A stretch of DNA of 61,342 nucleotides, filler included, from Anaerolineae bacterium (GCA_029262755.1; 6 parts of 6 records of this genome joined end to end with filler, not necessarily neighbours in it); one strand, 5' to 3'. Shown: positions 19,136 through 29,008, counted from the first letter of the whole stretch. Made by a program: numbers and translations. Notes: generated by a model from the sequence alone, not told the origin.

Positions 19136-20914
19136 CTACGGATCTTCCGTCGCTACCCGTAGCGGCGCGGCGCCCGTATTGCGCACGTCGTGCCGGTAGC
19201 TGGGCCACACCGCCTGCGGGTCCAGCCCGCCCTCCGCGCCTTCGATGGCCACGAGCCGGCCCGTGTCCGACCCCGCGATGACGCGTCCGTCGGGCGCGAG
19301 CGAGATGGCGGTCGTCACCAGGCCGCCGATCGGGGCGGAGCGCCAGGCGATCGCGCCGTCCGCGCGGTGCAGCGCGAGCACCCAGCCGTCTACGCCCGCG
19401 TAGAGTAGGCCGTCCGCACCCAGGGCGGGCGCCCCGGCCGCGGCAGCACCGAGGACGCGTGACCAGCGTTCGCGTACCGGCATCGCCTCGTCATCGGGCA
19501 CGTCCAACACGGTGAGCGTGCCGTTTGTCTGCAGCGCGATCACCGTCAGCGATCCTCCATCGCGCCGGCCCAGGATCGGCGAACCGGCCACGGGCGCCGT
19601 GAGCGGCACGAAGCGCACGAGGCGCGCTGCCACGTCCGGCTCGACGACGTAGGAAACGAGCGCGGCGCGCGGCGCGGTGACGCCGAACCAGATCGTGGTG
19701 CCGTCCGCCGCGAGCGAGCCGGGCCCGTCCATGCCATCGAGATCGTGCACGCGCACATCGAGAGGATCGTCGCCGATCACGTGCAACCTGGCCGGCACGG
19801 GGACGGTCACCCACGGCGAGGGCCGTGGTTGTGACGCAAGCGCGCCGGACGGACTGAGCAAGGGACGACCGCGGCCGGGAGATACCGGTGTGCGCAGCGA
19901 ATAGGGAGGCTCGCCGCGAGCGCCAGGCTCGAAACGCGCCGCACCGTTTGCTGGATCTGCGCGACCGGGCGACTCGACCGGTGAATCGGATGCCGCGTCA
20001 TCGTTCGGCGCCGGGGTGGCACCGGCCGATCCATCGGTCCCGCTGCGCGTCGATTCCGATCCGCGCCCCTGGCCGCTGGACGCCGTTGCCGGCAGGGGAT
20101 CGGTACGCGCATAGGGGAGGAAGCCACGCACCGGCAGCGGCGTGCCGATACGCGGCGTCCGGGTCGGCGCGGACGTAGGGGTTGCTGCCGGTGTTACGGT
20201 GGCACTCGCGATCGGCGTGGGGGTCTCTTCCTGGCCTTCTGGGGTGGGGCTCGGCAACACCCATTCCTGGTGCACCGGGGCCGCAAACACGACACGGTCA
20301 TCGTCCAACACGGCTGGTGATGCCAAGATGGGCCCCGTGTCTTCCGTCGACCCGATGCGGAAACCTCCGTCGATCAGGACGAGCAACGAGCCATAGTCAA
20401 CCCCGGCGCCCCAGCCATGCATGCCGGCATAGAAGCGCCCGCGACGATCCAGCGCCGGCGAGGTGTCGATCTGGCTGTAGCCTCCCCAAGTCTCATAGGT
20501 CCACCGAGATCGTCCATCCGGATGGACCGCGAAGAAGTAGTTCGGCACGACGATATCGTCCCCGATATAGATCGTCCCGTCTTCACCAAGGGCCGGCGCT
20601 CCATGAAACGCCTGCGCGCCGGCCCTTCCGTGCTCGGTGTACACGAATACCCAGCGCTGGGTTCCCGCGTGGTCGACGGCGTGGAGCAGCCCGTCGAGCG
20701 CGCCGACGTAGGCCGTCCCGTCCTCGGCGATCGACGGCGCTCCGCTGAGGCGCGCCCCGGCCTCGTAGGTCCATAGGACGGCGCCGGGGGCGGCGTGGAG
20801 GCTCGGTCGTTGGGCAACGGCGACGGCCAGCGCCATCACGGCCGCGGCAATCGCCGCACGTGGCGGAAACTTGATTGGGCTGCGATCCCGACTGGACGGG
20901 TCGTCGATGTCCAT
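19136..20914 (-). CDS. Secreted PQQ-like beta-propeller repeat protein with central Pro/Thr-rich insert
   Basis: Signal-like N-terminus. Repeats such as PSIAEDGTAYVG, PALGEDGTIYIG and PALGADGLLYAG. C-terminal WPSYRHDVRNTG. GGGAGG site before the ATG at 20914. Confidence 0.8.
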   Translation of the reverse strand: MDIDDPSSRDRSPIKFPPRAAIAAAVMALAVAVAQRPSLHAAPGAVLWTYEAGARLSGAPSIAEDGTAYVGALDGLLHAVDHAGTQRWVFVYTEHGRAGAQAFHGAPALGEDGTIYIGDDIVVPNYFFAVHPDGRSRWTYETWGGYSQIDTSPALDRRGRFYAGMHGWGAGVDYGSLLVLIDGGFRIGSTEDTGPILASPAVLDDDRVVFAAPVHQEWVLPSPTPEGQEETPTPIASATVTPAATPTSAPTRTPRIGTPLPVRGFLPYARTDPLPATASSGQGRGSESTRSGTDGSAGATPAPNDDAASDSPVESPGRADPANGAARFEPGARGEPPYSLRTPVSPGRGRPLLSPSGALASQPRPSPWVTVPVPARLHVIGDDPLDVRVHDLDGMDGPGSLAADGTTIWFGVTAPRAALVSYVVEPDVAARLVRFVPLTAPVAGSPILGRRDGGSLTVIALQTNGTLTVLDVPDDEAMPVRERWSRVLGAAAAGAPALGADGLLYAGVDGWVLALHRADGAIAWRSAPIGGLVTTAISLAPDGRVIAGSDTGRLVAIEGAEGGLDPQAVWPSYRHDVRNTGAAPLRVATEDP

Positions 20915-21074
20915 GACGCCTCCCTGGCCAACGGTCCGGCGCACGGCGTAGCTGGGGCTTGTCGAGGCGTCATTGTAGCAATCGCGTATGACGGGCAGCA
21001 CGCGAGGTCGGCGGGAGCGCACGGGAGAGCAGGTGCGGATCCGTGCGGCCGCGTTGCGGTCATACCGCCTCGCC

Positions 21075-22028
21075 TTAGGCTGGATACAGGCCGTGCGTCC
21101 ACCGGATCAGGTGGAAGTAGAGCGGCGCGACGAAGATCAGGCTGTCGACGCGATCGAGCACACCGCCGTGACCTGGAATTGCGCTGCCCATGTCCTTGAT
21201 GCCCAGATCGCGCTTGATGACGCTGATCACCAGGTCACCCAACTGCCCCGCAACACCGACGATCAGGCCGATCGCGATCAGCTCGGCCCCGTTCACGTGC
21301 GGGAAGGAGAAGCGCAGCAGCCAGGGCAGCACCATGGAGATCGCTAGCGCGCCGACGGCCCCCTCCCAGGTCTTGTTCGGGCTGATCGCCGGCCGTAGGG
21401 CGCGACGGCCGAACAGCCGGCCCCACGTGTAGGCGGCCACGTCGTTGAGCGCGACGGCGAAGATCAGGAACATCAAGTAGCCATAAGCATGTTCGGTGTT
21501 GGCCAAGTAGCCGACATGACCGAACATCCAGCCGAAGTAGAGGAAGCCCATGATGCCCACGGAGGTCGAGCCCAGTGCTCCGGTCGAACGATCGCGCACG
21601 ATGGGCACAACGAGCAGCGCCAAGACGACGTACGCCGGCAAGGCCATGAATAGGCCGTACCAACCGGGTACCCCGAGGCGCGGATCGGTCAGCCACTGCG
21701 ACGCTGCGATGGCCACGATGCCCACCTGTGCGATGGCGACGAGCCAGCGGTCCTCGATCAACGCCGTCGCCCTAGCGTATTCGTGGAAGGCCCGCAGGGA
21801 GATGGCGGCAAAGAAGACGATGGTCGCCCCGCGACCCAGGAATAGCGCGACAAGGACGAGCGGCACCATCCCCATCCAACCCGCGAGCGAACGCCATGCG
21901 TGGTCCGTTCGCTTGTGCAGGCACACCCGGATTCCCACCAGCAGGGCGGTCACGACACTGATCAGCCCGATCGACAGGGCAAAGTACGTGCGAAAGACGT
22001 CGCTGGCCCACGCTGCCGAGGGGCTCAT
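21075..22028 (-). CDS. Phosphatidate cytidylyltransferase (YnbB/CdsA-like)
   Basis: NDVAAY, ISPNKTWEG, GDLVISVIKRDLGIKDMG...PGHGGVLDRVDSL signature. Confidence 0.92.
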   Translation of the reverse strand: MSPSAAWASDVFRTYFALSIGLISVVTALLVGIRVCLHKRTDHAWRSLAGWMGMVPLVLVALFLGRGATIVFFAAISLRAFHEYARATALIEDRWLVAIAQVGIVAIAASQWLTDPRLGVPGWYGLFMALPAYVVLALLVVPIVRDRSTGALGSTSVGIMGFLYFGWMFGHVGYLANTEHAYGYLMFLIFAVALNDVAAYTWGRLFGRRALRPAISPNKTWEGAVGALAISMVLPWLLRFSFPHVNGAELIAIGLIVGVAGQLGDLVISVIKRDLGIKDMGSAIPGHGGVLDRVDSLIFVAPLYFHLIRWTHGLYPA

Positions 22029-22702
22029 GCCTGCACCTCTCCCCCGCGCACGTCGGACAGGCGGCTATGCATGAGGCGCAAGCGCACGAACATGGTTTGC
22101 ACGCAGCCCGCCACGATCACGAGCATCGTCAGGTCGAGTACCGTCCAAGTTCCGCCAAGCACACCGGGTATGTCAACCCGTGCCAACGAAAGGCCTAGCG
22201 TTGCCAGGGCGCCGACCCCGAGCGCAACCATGCGCCACGGCTTGGACATCCAACCGCCAAACTGTCTTCCGGCGCCCACGGCCTGGCCCAACGTGCCGAC
22301 ATATGCCGTGAGCAGTGCAGCCACGGCCGCCAGGTACCCGCCCGGCAACCACACCAAGCCGCTGTGCGCCACCCCGAAGAAGATCAACGCGTCGGAGACT
22401 CGGTCCGGAAGCTCGTTGACAACGGCTCCCCAACGGGTTGCCTGCCCTCCAGCCAGCGCCACCATGCCGTCGAGCATGTTGAGCCAGAGACGAATCGCAC
22501 ACAAGATGACGGCGGGTAGGAGCAGCCACGCGGAGCGGCCCGCTTCGACGACGCACACGGCCGCGCCCGCGGCTGCGAGGATCGATGCGTAGGACACGGC
22601 ATTCGCCGAGATGCGCCAGCGCAGACAGGCATCCACTGCGGAGAGGGCCGTGCTGCGGAAGAGATCGGCGATCGGACGTCGCTGTTCGTAATGTGAGTTC
22701 AT
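22025..22702 (-). CDS. CDP-alcohol phosphatidyltransferase (YnbA-like)
   Basis: NMLDGMVA...GAVVNELPDRVSD motif, SKPWR. ATGA-coupled to the cytidylyltransferase gene. Confidence 0.88.
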   Translation of the reverse strand: MNSHYEQRRPIADLFRSTALSAVDACLRWRISANAVSYASILAAAGAAVCVVEAGRSAWLLLPAVILCAIRLWLNMLDGMVALAGGQATRWGAVVNELPDRVSDALIFFGVAHSGLVWLPGGYLAAVAALLTAYVGTLGQAVGAGRQFGGWMSKPWRMVALGVGALATLGLSLARVDIPGVLGGTWTVLDLTMLVIVAGCVQTMFVRLRLMHSRLSDVRGGEVQA

Positions 22703-22801
22703 CCTCACATTGTATGAGATGGAGTTCGCATGTCAAGGCATTCGCGTGAACAGCCGGCGCCTTGTCTCCCCTCTCGCGTCCCGCCCCGCACTCCCCTCGC
22801 G

Positions 22802-23388
22802 CTACTCCCCGCTCCCCGCCCAGTCCGCCCGATACACCGCCGCGCCGCCGTCGGCGTAAACGCGCGTCCAATTCGGGCTCGCATCCAGCGCGTCCGTGCG
22901 AAGCGTGCGCGCGGTCGGGCCGACGTAAGCCCAGCCGAAGCCGGCGCCACGTAGGATCTCCGGCACGCCGCCGCCGTCCAGGTCCGTGCGCCAGGCCTCG
23001 TTCAGCGCGTTGACTTGTTCGCGCCAGCCTGGCTCGATGCTCGGCTCGAGGCCGTAGGTGATGGGCGGCAGCGTCGTGCGGCGCTCTGCGAGCAGCGGCA
23101 GCCACCAGCCGCCGTCCTCGCCCGCCACGACCGTGTCGCCGTAGGCAGGGCCCGCGCTGACCAGGAAGCCGGCGTCCGCGGGCGTGTTCTGCGTGATCCA
23201 CGCGATCGCCCGCTCGTCGGCCGGCGTGACGAGCACGTGTTGTGCTTCGATCACGTCGCGGTCGCGCCACGGCACGACGGCTGCCATGAACAAGGCCGCG
23301 GCCAGCACGAGAGTCTTGCCGCGACCAACGTCTGGACCCAGCACCGGCGCAAGGCCGCGCGGGACCGCGTCGGCCCAGGCCGCGGTCG
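22802..23388 (-). CDS. C-terminal fragment of a membrane protein (5'-truncated)
   Basis: TM segment followed by AIAWITQNTPADA...DGGWWLPLLAER, a tail resembling those of polytopic glycan-related membrane proteins. Starts at the contig edge. Confidence 0.6.
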
Positions 23389-23488
23389 NNNNNNNNNNNN
23401 NNNNNNNNNNNNNNNNNNNNNNNNNNNNNNNNTTAATTAATTAANNNNNNNNNNNNNNNNNNNNNNNNNNNNNNNNNNNNNNNNNNNN
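23389..23488. other. Artificial contig spacer
   Basis: Same N44-TTAATTAATTAA-N44 linker. Confidence 0.98.
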
Positions 23489-24258
23489 TTTGGAGTAAAA
23501 CTGTCGTGTACTGTTGTATGCTTAAATGGAGCAATCAGTTTATAGAATAGACCATAGATAACAGGCCTTGTTACTAATGAATACGCTGTAAGGACAAATG
23601 GGATTTTTATCTTAAACGAAAACTCCTGCTCCGGAAGTAAATCTCTCTCTTCTTTTATGATATTTGCAAGTTTGTCAGAGTTTGTTACAAGCATGCCTCC
23701 ATTAAAAGTAGAGAAATTTTTGCCTCTGCATAAGCTAAAACAACCGGCATCTCCCAGCGTTCCAACCTTTTTGCCGTCTAATATTGCCCCAGGTGCCTGT
23801 GCTGTATCTTCCAGGACAAAAAACCCATTCTCTTTAGCAAGCTTTAATAATAAATCTATCTTGTATGGAAAGCCGAAATGATATATCGGTAGAACACATA
23901 GCGTGTCGTCATTAATAACTTCAGGCAGGTGTTCGAAATCCATAGTGAAAGTTTCTAAAGAGCTTTCACAAAGTACCGGTTTTAAACCGGCTTTCCGTAT
24001 GGGAAGGACCAGGGTCGGTACAGTATAAGCAGGTATAACTACTTCTTGCCTGTTTGAAAGTTTCTTTAATGCCTTGATAAATATATATATGGAAGAAGTA
24101 CATTTATTAAAGGAAAAAGCATGGTTTGTCCCCATATACCTTGCAAAGTTTTGTTCAAATTCCTCAATATAAGACTTATTTCCAAGGTATGATTTAAACC
24201 CTTTAAGTATTTCAAATATTGATAACGGAACTGCTGTCGTTGGAATCTTTTTTAGCAA
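23489..24258 (-). CDS. DegT/DnrJ/EryC1/StrS-family PLP aminotransferase, 3'-truncated
   Basis: EVVIPAYT, VLEDTAQAPG, GDAGCFSLCRGKNF (PLP Lys). GGAGG site before the TTG start. Confidence 0.88.
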
Positions 24259-24387
24259 ACCAATAACCCTCCATTTTTGTGAAGTTACATTCTGGTCGGT
24301 TAGGAAACTCCAGGATTATAGACTAACAGCCAGATATATTCAAGCTGTCCTGCTCGCAATTTGTAAGAAATATTGAGCCGGTAATTA

Positions 24388-25050
24388 CTAGTATCCCGCT
24401 TTTACCAGAATTATTGGTGCAAACATTGTTATCGGAAATCCTATGGGTATTGTTTCTTTTATAACAAGGCCTTTGGATGTTAAAATCGTGGTTAATTCCT
24501 TTAATGAATATGCTTTTAAGGTTACGTGAGTATCGTAAATCCACACAAATTTGAAGCTGAGATAAACAAAAGGGTTTATCTTATTGCGGACATCAAATAT
24601 TATAAAACCGTCTCGTTTGCATACTCTTTCCATTTCTTCGAGAGTTTCAACGACATTGTCTTTAGTATGAAAATTGTAAAATATATTTATGCAAATTACA
24701 TTATCTATAGTTTTATCAAGAAAGGGTAGATTTTGTGCATGTGCTTTCAAGAAACTTAATCTATTCTGTTCCTTCTTTCTAAACTTTTTTTTAGCAGTCG
24801 CCAGTATCTCATATTCTGTATCGACACCTATGCATCTGAGTTTGTTCTCTTTTGCCATAAGGTTTTCATACAAGAGTCCATCTCCACAACCAATATCCAG
24901 TAAAAAACCATTATGGTTATTTATAAGTTGTCTTGCCTTTGCCCTTATTTTAAAACGAAATAGATCAGATGTCAGGTCACCTCTTTCATCAGGTTTTGAT
25001 AGAAAATCACGGACTAGATTAGTTAATGGACGTAATATTTTACTAAGCAT
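24388..25050 (-). CDS. Class I SAM-dependent methyltransferase
   Basis: LLDIGCGDG motif I, AQNLPFLDKTID. Confidence 0.88.
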   Translation of the reverse strand: MLSKILRPLTNLVRDFLSKPDERGDLTSDLFRFKIRAKARQLINNHNGFLLDIGCGDGLLYENLMAKENKLRCIGVDTEYEILATAKKKFRKKEQNRLSFLKAHAQNLPFLDKTIDNVICINIFYNFHTKDNVVETLEEMERVCKRDGFIIFDVRNKINPFVYLSFKFVWIYDTHVTLKAYSLKELTTILTSKGLVIKETIPIGFPITMFAPIILVKAGY

Positions 25051-25066
25051 TTAAATATTCATAATC

Positions 25067-26191
25067 TTATGAAGATGATACATTATTGATGCTTTCTCTG
25101 AAAAGTGGTTTTTCTGTGATCATCTCCGTCAAAAGAGATTCTACTCTCTCCCATACCATATCAGTCGTAATACTTTCCATGCATTCATGAGTTCTGCACG
25201 TATGTTTTAGACAAGGGCTGCATGATACTTTCATACCGGTAACTATACGGCTTTTGGATCTTGTATCATAAGGACCGTATCGGTAGGGATTTTCTGGCCC
25301 AAACAGTACTACATACGGTGTATTTATTGCGTCTGCAATATGAAATGGCCCCGTGTCATTTGAAATAAAGAGATGAACACGTTCCAAAAGAGCACCAAGT
25401 CTGCTAAGTGGTAGCCCAACTGCCAGGATAGGTTGAACATCCTTAAGATCGTTGTTTATTTCGTTAGCAATATTATCATTATTACCACCTGTAATGATAA
25501 TCTGGGCTTTATAATTTTGGAATAGCCTTCTCCCTATCTCAACAAATCCCTTACTTTTCCATTGCCTGGAAGGAACAAATGCTCCGGGTTGAAGAGCTAC
25601 GATTGTCCTGTTATCGTCAATACCTGCATCCATTAGCCAGTTGTTTATGAATTCTTTGTCTTCTTCTGAAATATAGAATTCCTGTTTTGTATTTTTCGTT
25701 TCTGCACCTAACGCTCCTGCAATTAACAGTTTTCGATCAACCTCATGGACCTTTCCAAAAAGATCATCGCCTACCTTAACATCCAGAAAGAATCCCTTTC
25801 CATCAGAATTTCTGCCTACTCTGTTTTTTGCCCCTACACCTTTGTAAAATATATATCTTCGCAAAGAGGCTTTCCATGTTTCTATTGCTTCCAAATCTAT
25901 CATCATGTCAAACTTCTCTTTACGCAAAGCCAATAGTAATTTAATATTCGAGAATATTTGTTTATAGATAGATTTTGATGGGCCCTTGCTGAATGCTTCT
26001 TGTTTGAAGTATAGTATCCTGTCTGCGTATTGTTTGACATCTATCGTCTGCGCCGTTCGCGGCACCGTAAGCAATACTATATCACTATCCGAAAATCTTT
26101 CACGTAATGCTCTTAATGCAGGTGTTGACATTATCATATCACCAATCCCACCTGCTTCCATAATTAAAATTTTCTTATTCTTAACAGACAT
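25067..26191 (-). CDS. Glycosyltransferase family 9 (LPS heptosyltransferase-like)
   Basis: GGIGDMIMSTPALRAL, ISNDTGPFHIA, VLFGP, CSPC...CM tail. Confidence 0.92.
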   Translation of the reverse strand: MSVKNKKILIMEAGGIGDMIMSTPALRALRERFSDSDIVLLTVPRTAQTIDVKQYADRILYFKQEAFSKGPSKSIYKQIFSNIKLLLALRKEKFDMMIDLEAIETWKASLRRYIFYKGVGAKNRVGRNSDGKGFFLDVKVGDDLFGKVHEVDRKLLIAGALGAETKNTKQEFYISEEDKEFINNWLMDAGIDDNRTIVALQPGAFVPSRQWKSKGFVEIGRRLFQNYKAQIIITGGNNDNIANEINNDLKDVQPILAVGLPLSRLGALLERVHLFISNDTGPFHIADAINTPYVVLFGPENPYRYGPYDTRSKSRIVTGMKVSCSPCLKHTCRTHECMESITTDMVWERVESLLTEMITEKPLFRESINNVSSS

Positions 26192-27380
26192 CCTTTTTTG
26201 CGTATATCGTAGGATCTTTCTCAGGATGGAAAAATTTTAAACGTTTCAGTTGTTCCTTTACAGCAGACAGAAAATCATTTGTCTCGATCAGTTTCATACA
26301 CTCATGCGTCTTACAAATCCCCTTTTTGCATGGACTGCAGTCTAAATCTTTTCTTAATACTATGTGATTTTTGCCATATGGCCACCAGTGATAAGGGACT
26401 GTAGGTCCCATTGTTGAAACTGTTGGAATATTTAAGGCCGTTGCTATATGGAGAGGCCCGGAGTTATTACAGAGAAACAGACTGCAGTGATTCAACGTCG
26501 ACATAAACTCCCTTAAGCTGAGATCTTCGAGAATGATGGGTGTCTTAACCGCATAATCTTTATATTCTGACATGAGCTGCTTTTCTTCTCTGCCTGCAAA
26601 AAGAATTACGTTTATGTCATAGCTGGTTATTAGATAATCTGATATAGCTGCAAATCTTTTTATGGGCCATCTCTGGCTCTCATAATGTCCGCCAGGGTGT
26701 ATGCCAATAATTCTACTCTCCGGATTTACTCTATTTTTTATCAATAGTTTAGTAGCATTTCCCTTTTCATCTGTACTCAAAAAAATTTCCGGTTGTCTCT
26801 TTTGTGCCTGAATACCTAAATATGCTAATAAATTCAGATTGTAATCAATCATATGTTTCTTTTCAGTAGAAACAGGAAAAACATTTGGATGATACCTGAT
26901 GTTATAGAAAATTCCTCTTCCGGCAAACTCAAAACCAAGCCTGAATCTATTTCCAACAAAACGAGTTATAAATGATGTTTTAAGTTCGTAATCTAGATAC
27001 GGATCAATAACAAGATCAAATTTCCTTTCCCTTATACCCCTGAAAAAAATTAATCTGCTATTGAAACTTTTGTGCTCATTCTCTCTGTCATAGACCAATA
27101 TGCAATCAATAAACGGATTTTTGATTACTATATTTTTATTTATCGGATTAGTCAGGACAGTAACTTGTACATCAGGCCACCCTTCTTTTAATGCCCTGAA
27201 GATTGGGGTTGTCATTACCATATCACCAATCCTATCGAGCCGTATTACTAAAATTTTTTTGATACTTGAGTCTGATAAATCATCTTTCTTATAAGTTTTT
27301 GTAAAAGAACATAAACTTCTAAATATAATATTTCTGAGTGCGAGGTATAAATCTTCTAGCTTTCTATTTCTTGATTTCAT
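26181..27380 (-). CDS. Glycosyltransferase family 9 (LPS heptosyltransferase-like)
   Basis: RLDRIGDMVMTTP, HPGG...RWP, CNNSGPLHIA, CSPC. Likely start is the ATG at 27380 (MKSRN). The ORF-track extension lies in a repeat arm. Confidence 0.92.
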   Translation of the reverse strand: MKSRNRKLEDLYLALRNIIFRSLCSFTKTYKKDDLSDSSIKKILVIRLDRIGDMVMTTPIFRALKEGWPDVQVTVLTNPINKNIVIKNPFIDCILVYDRENEHKSFNSRLIFFRGIRERKFDLVIDPYLDYELKTSFITRFVGNRFRLGFEFAGRGIFYNIRYHPNVFPVSTEKKHMIDYNLNLLAYLGIQAQKRQPEIFLSTDEKGNATKLLIKNRVNPESRIIGIHPGGHYESQRWPIKRFAAISDYLITSYDINVILFAGREEKQLMSEYKDYAVKTPIILEDLSLREFMSTLNHCSLFLCNNSGPLHIATALNIPTVSTMGPTVPYHWWPYGKNHIVLRKDLDCSPCKKGICKTHECMKLIETNDFLSAVKEQLKRLKFFHPEKDPTIYAKKDVC

Positions 27381-27391
27381 ATCAGTTATAG

Positions 27392-27424
27392 GCCACGAAG
27401 TCACAAAGACACCAAAACACAAAA
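27392..27424. repeat. Left arm of octamer-periodic inverted repeat flanking the GxxExxY gene
   Basis: GCCACGAAG-TCACAAAG-ACACCAAA-ACACAAAA, complementary to 27826-27850. Confidence 0.8.
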
Positions 27425-27425
27425 A

Positions 27426-27818
27426 CTAAAGAATCATTCGCTTTATACCGTCTTTAATATACTTATTATTGAAATTAATAAGAAAGCCTAAGCGTTTTCC
27501 AGTAAGTTTCAAATGACTCAGTATTTGTGCTTCCCAAACTGGATTTAAATTATCAACTGCTTTAAGTTCACAGATGATAAGATTCTCAACTAATACATCC
27601 AATCTTAAACCTTCTTCAAATACTTTACCATCATAGACAATAGGAACCTCTACTTGTCTTTGATAAGCGAGTTTCCTTTTCGTAAGCTCATGACAAAAAC
27701 AAACCTCATATACTTTTTCGAGCAAACCAGGACCTAGTTCTTTATGTACACAATATACCGCATCAACAATTTTTGTTGCTATATCTTCTTCCTTTTTGGA
27801 AAGCGGTTTGAACATCAT
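27426..27818 (-). CDS. GxxExxY protein (PD-(D/E)XK nuclease superfamily)
   Basis: 130 aa with ELGPGLLEKVY (GxxExxY), RLDVLVENLIICELK (D...ExK) and AQILSHLK...GFLINF. Confidence 0.93.
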   Translation of the reverse strand: MMFKPLSKKEEDIATKIVDAVYCVHKELGPGLLEKVYEVCFCHELTKRKLAYQRQVEVPIVYDGKVFEEGLRLDVLVENLIICELKAVDNLNPVWEAQILSHLKLTGKRLGFLINFNNKYIKDGIKRMIL

Positions 27819-27825
27819 GTTATTG

Positions 27826-27850
27826 CTTTGTGTCTTAGTGCCTTAGTGGC
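27826..27850. repeat. Right arm of octamer-periodic inverted repeat flanking the GxxExxY gene
   Basis: Minus strand reads GCCACTAAG-GCACTAAG-ACACAAAG. It contains the GT4 stop codon. Confidence 0.8.
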
Positions 27851-29001
27851 AAGATTGAAATTTCCTTAACCTTGGTTTCTAGCAATTCTAAATAAACATT
27901 TTCTGTCTCTTTAATGTTCCTTTCAATTGTAAACATCTCCTCAACTCTTTTTCTGCCGGCTTTTCCATACTGCTCTGAAAGAGATTTATTATGTAGCAGC
28001 TTCATTATGTATTTTGCCATACTTGAAGGATCTTTCGGTTTTACTAAAAACCCCGTAATACCATCCTGCACAACTTCCGGTGTACCTCCTGCATTAATTG
28101 CTACAAGGGGTTTTTGCATTGCCATAGCTTCAAACAATACCCTGCTGCAGGCATCTATCTCTGACGGTAATACGACTACATCCATACTTGCAAGAAGTTG
28201 TGGTATGTCCCTTCTGAATCCGGTAAATATAGTCTTTTTCTCTATTCCTTTCTCAACTGATATTTCATAGAGCGATTTTTCAAGTGAAGGATTATTAAAC
28301 GCCTTGCCGACAACGAGAAAACGTACATTCCGGACATCCTGTAAAATAATCCTCGCGCTCTCCAGAAAACGCTCATAACCTTTTTCCGGGTCGATACGGC
28401 CAATGGTTCCTACTACGAGTTCATCTTCGCCAATGTCAAACTCTTTTCTAATTATTCTTCCGTTTACTTCAGGATCAAATTCTCTTAAGTCTACACCATT
28501 GAATATTGTCTTAATTTTGGTGTATATTTTTTCTTTTGTGAATCTGTTCCTGACTGCATTTGAATTGCAAATAATCCTGTCTGGTAAAAAGGAAAAAATA
28601 TTGTCACTGTCAAATCTGCCTCTTTCAAGACATCTCTCATGCCATACTATGGGAACATTTTTTATCTTTGCCGCAATGGCACCAAACAAATTGGAGCGAG
28701 GCTGGTTTGAGTGAATCAAGTCTATATGTTTCTTTTTTATGATATCTGCCAGATCCCTGATAGTTTTGCAAATTCGCACGGGATTTGGCCATCGTATGCT
28801 GGGGAATTGAACAAAGTCAGGCAGGATTTTTATATTTCTCAGTTCATCTATAAAAGGCCCCTCCTTGGAACAGGCAAAGTGGGCTTTAAAAAGTTTCTTA
28901 TTTAATCTCTTTACTAAATTTAATAAACTTATCTCTGCCCCACCCATTATGGATTCATTGTGAAGATAGAGGATATTAAACTTTTTACCATCATTAATCA
29001 T
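27835..29001 (-). CDS. Glycosyltransferase family 4
   Basis: GGAEISL, IFNGVD, GRIDPEKG, VLFEAMAMQKP...GGTPEVVQDG. Confidence 0.92.
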   Translation of the reverse strand: MINDGKKFNILYLHNESIMGGAEISLLNLVKRLNKKLFKAHFACSKEGPFIDELRNIKILPDFVQFPSIRWPNPVRICKTIRDLADIIKKKHIDLIHSNQPRSNLFGAIAAKIKNVPIVWHERCLERGRFDSDNIFSFLPDRIICNSNAVRNRFTKEKIYTKIKTIFNGVDLREFDPEVNGRIIRKEFDIGEDELVVGTIGRIDPEKGYERFLESARIILQDVRNVRFLVVGKAFNNPSLEKSLYEISVEKGIEKKTIFTGFRRDIPQLLASMDVVVLPSEIDACSRVLFEAMAMQKPLVAINAGGTPEVVQDGITGFLVKPKDPSSMAKYIMKLLHNKSLSEQYGKAGRKRVEEMFTIERNIKETENVYLELLETKVKEISILPLRH

Positions 29002-29008
29002 GTAACCT

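Noticed and set aside
27381..27422. N-terminal extension MCFGVFVTSWPITD of the GT9 ORF
   Set aside because: It is a translation of the repeat arm. The ATG at 27380 is the more plausible start.
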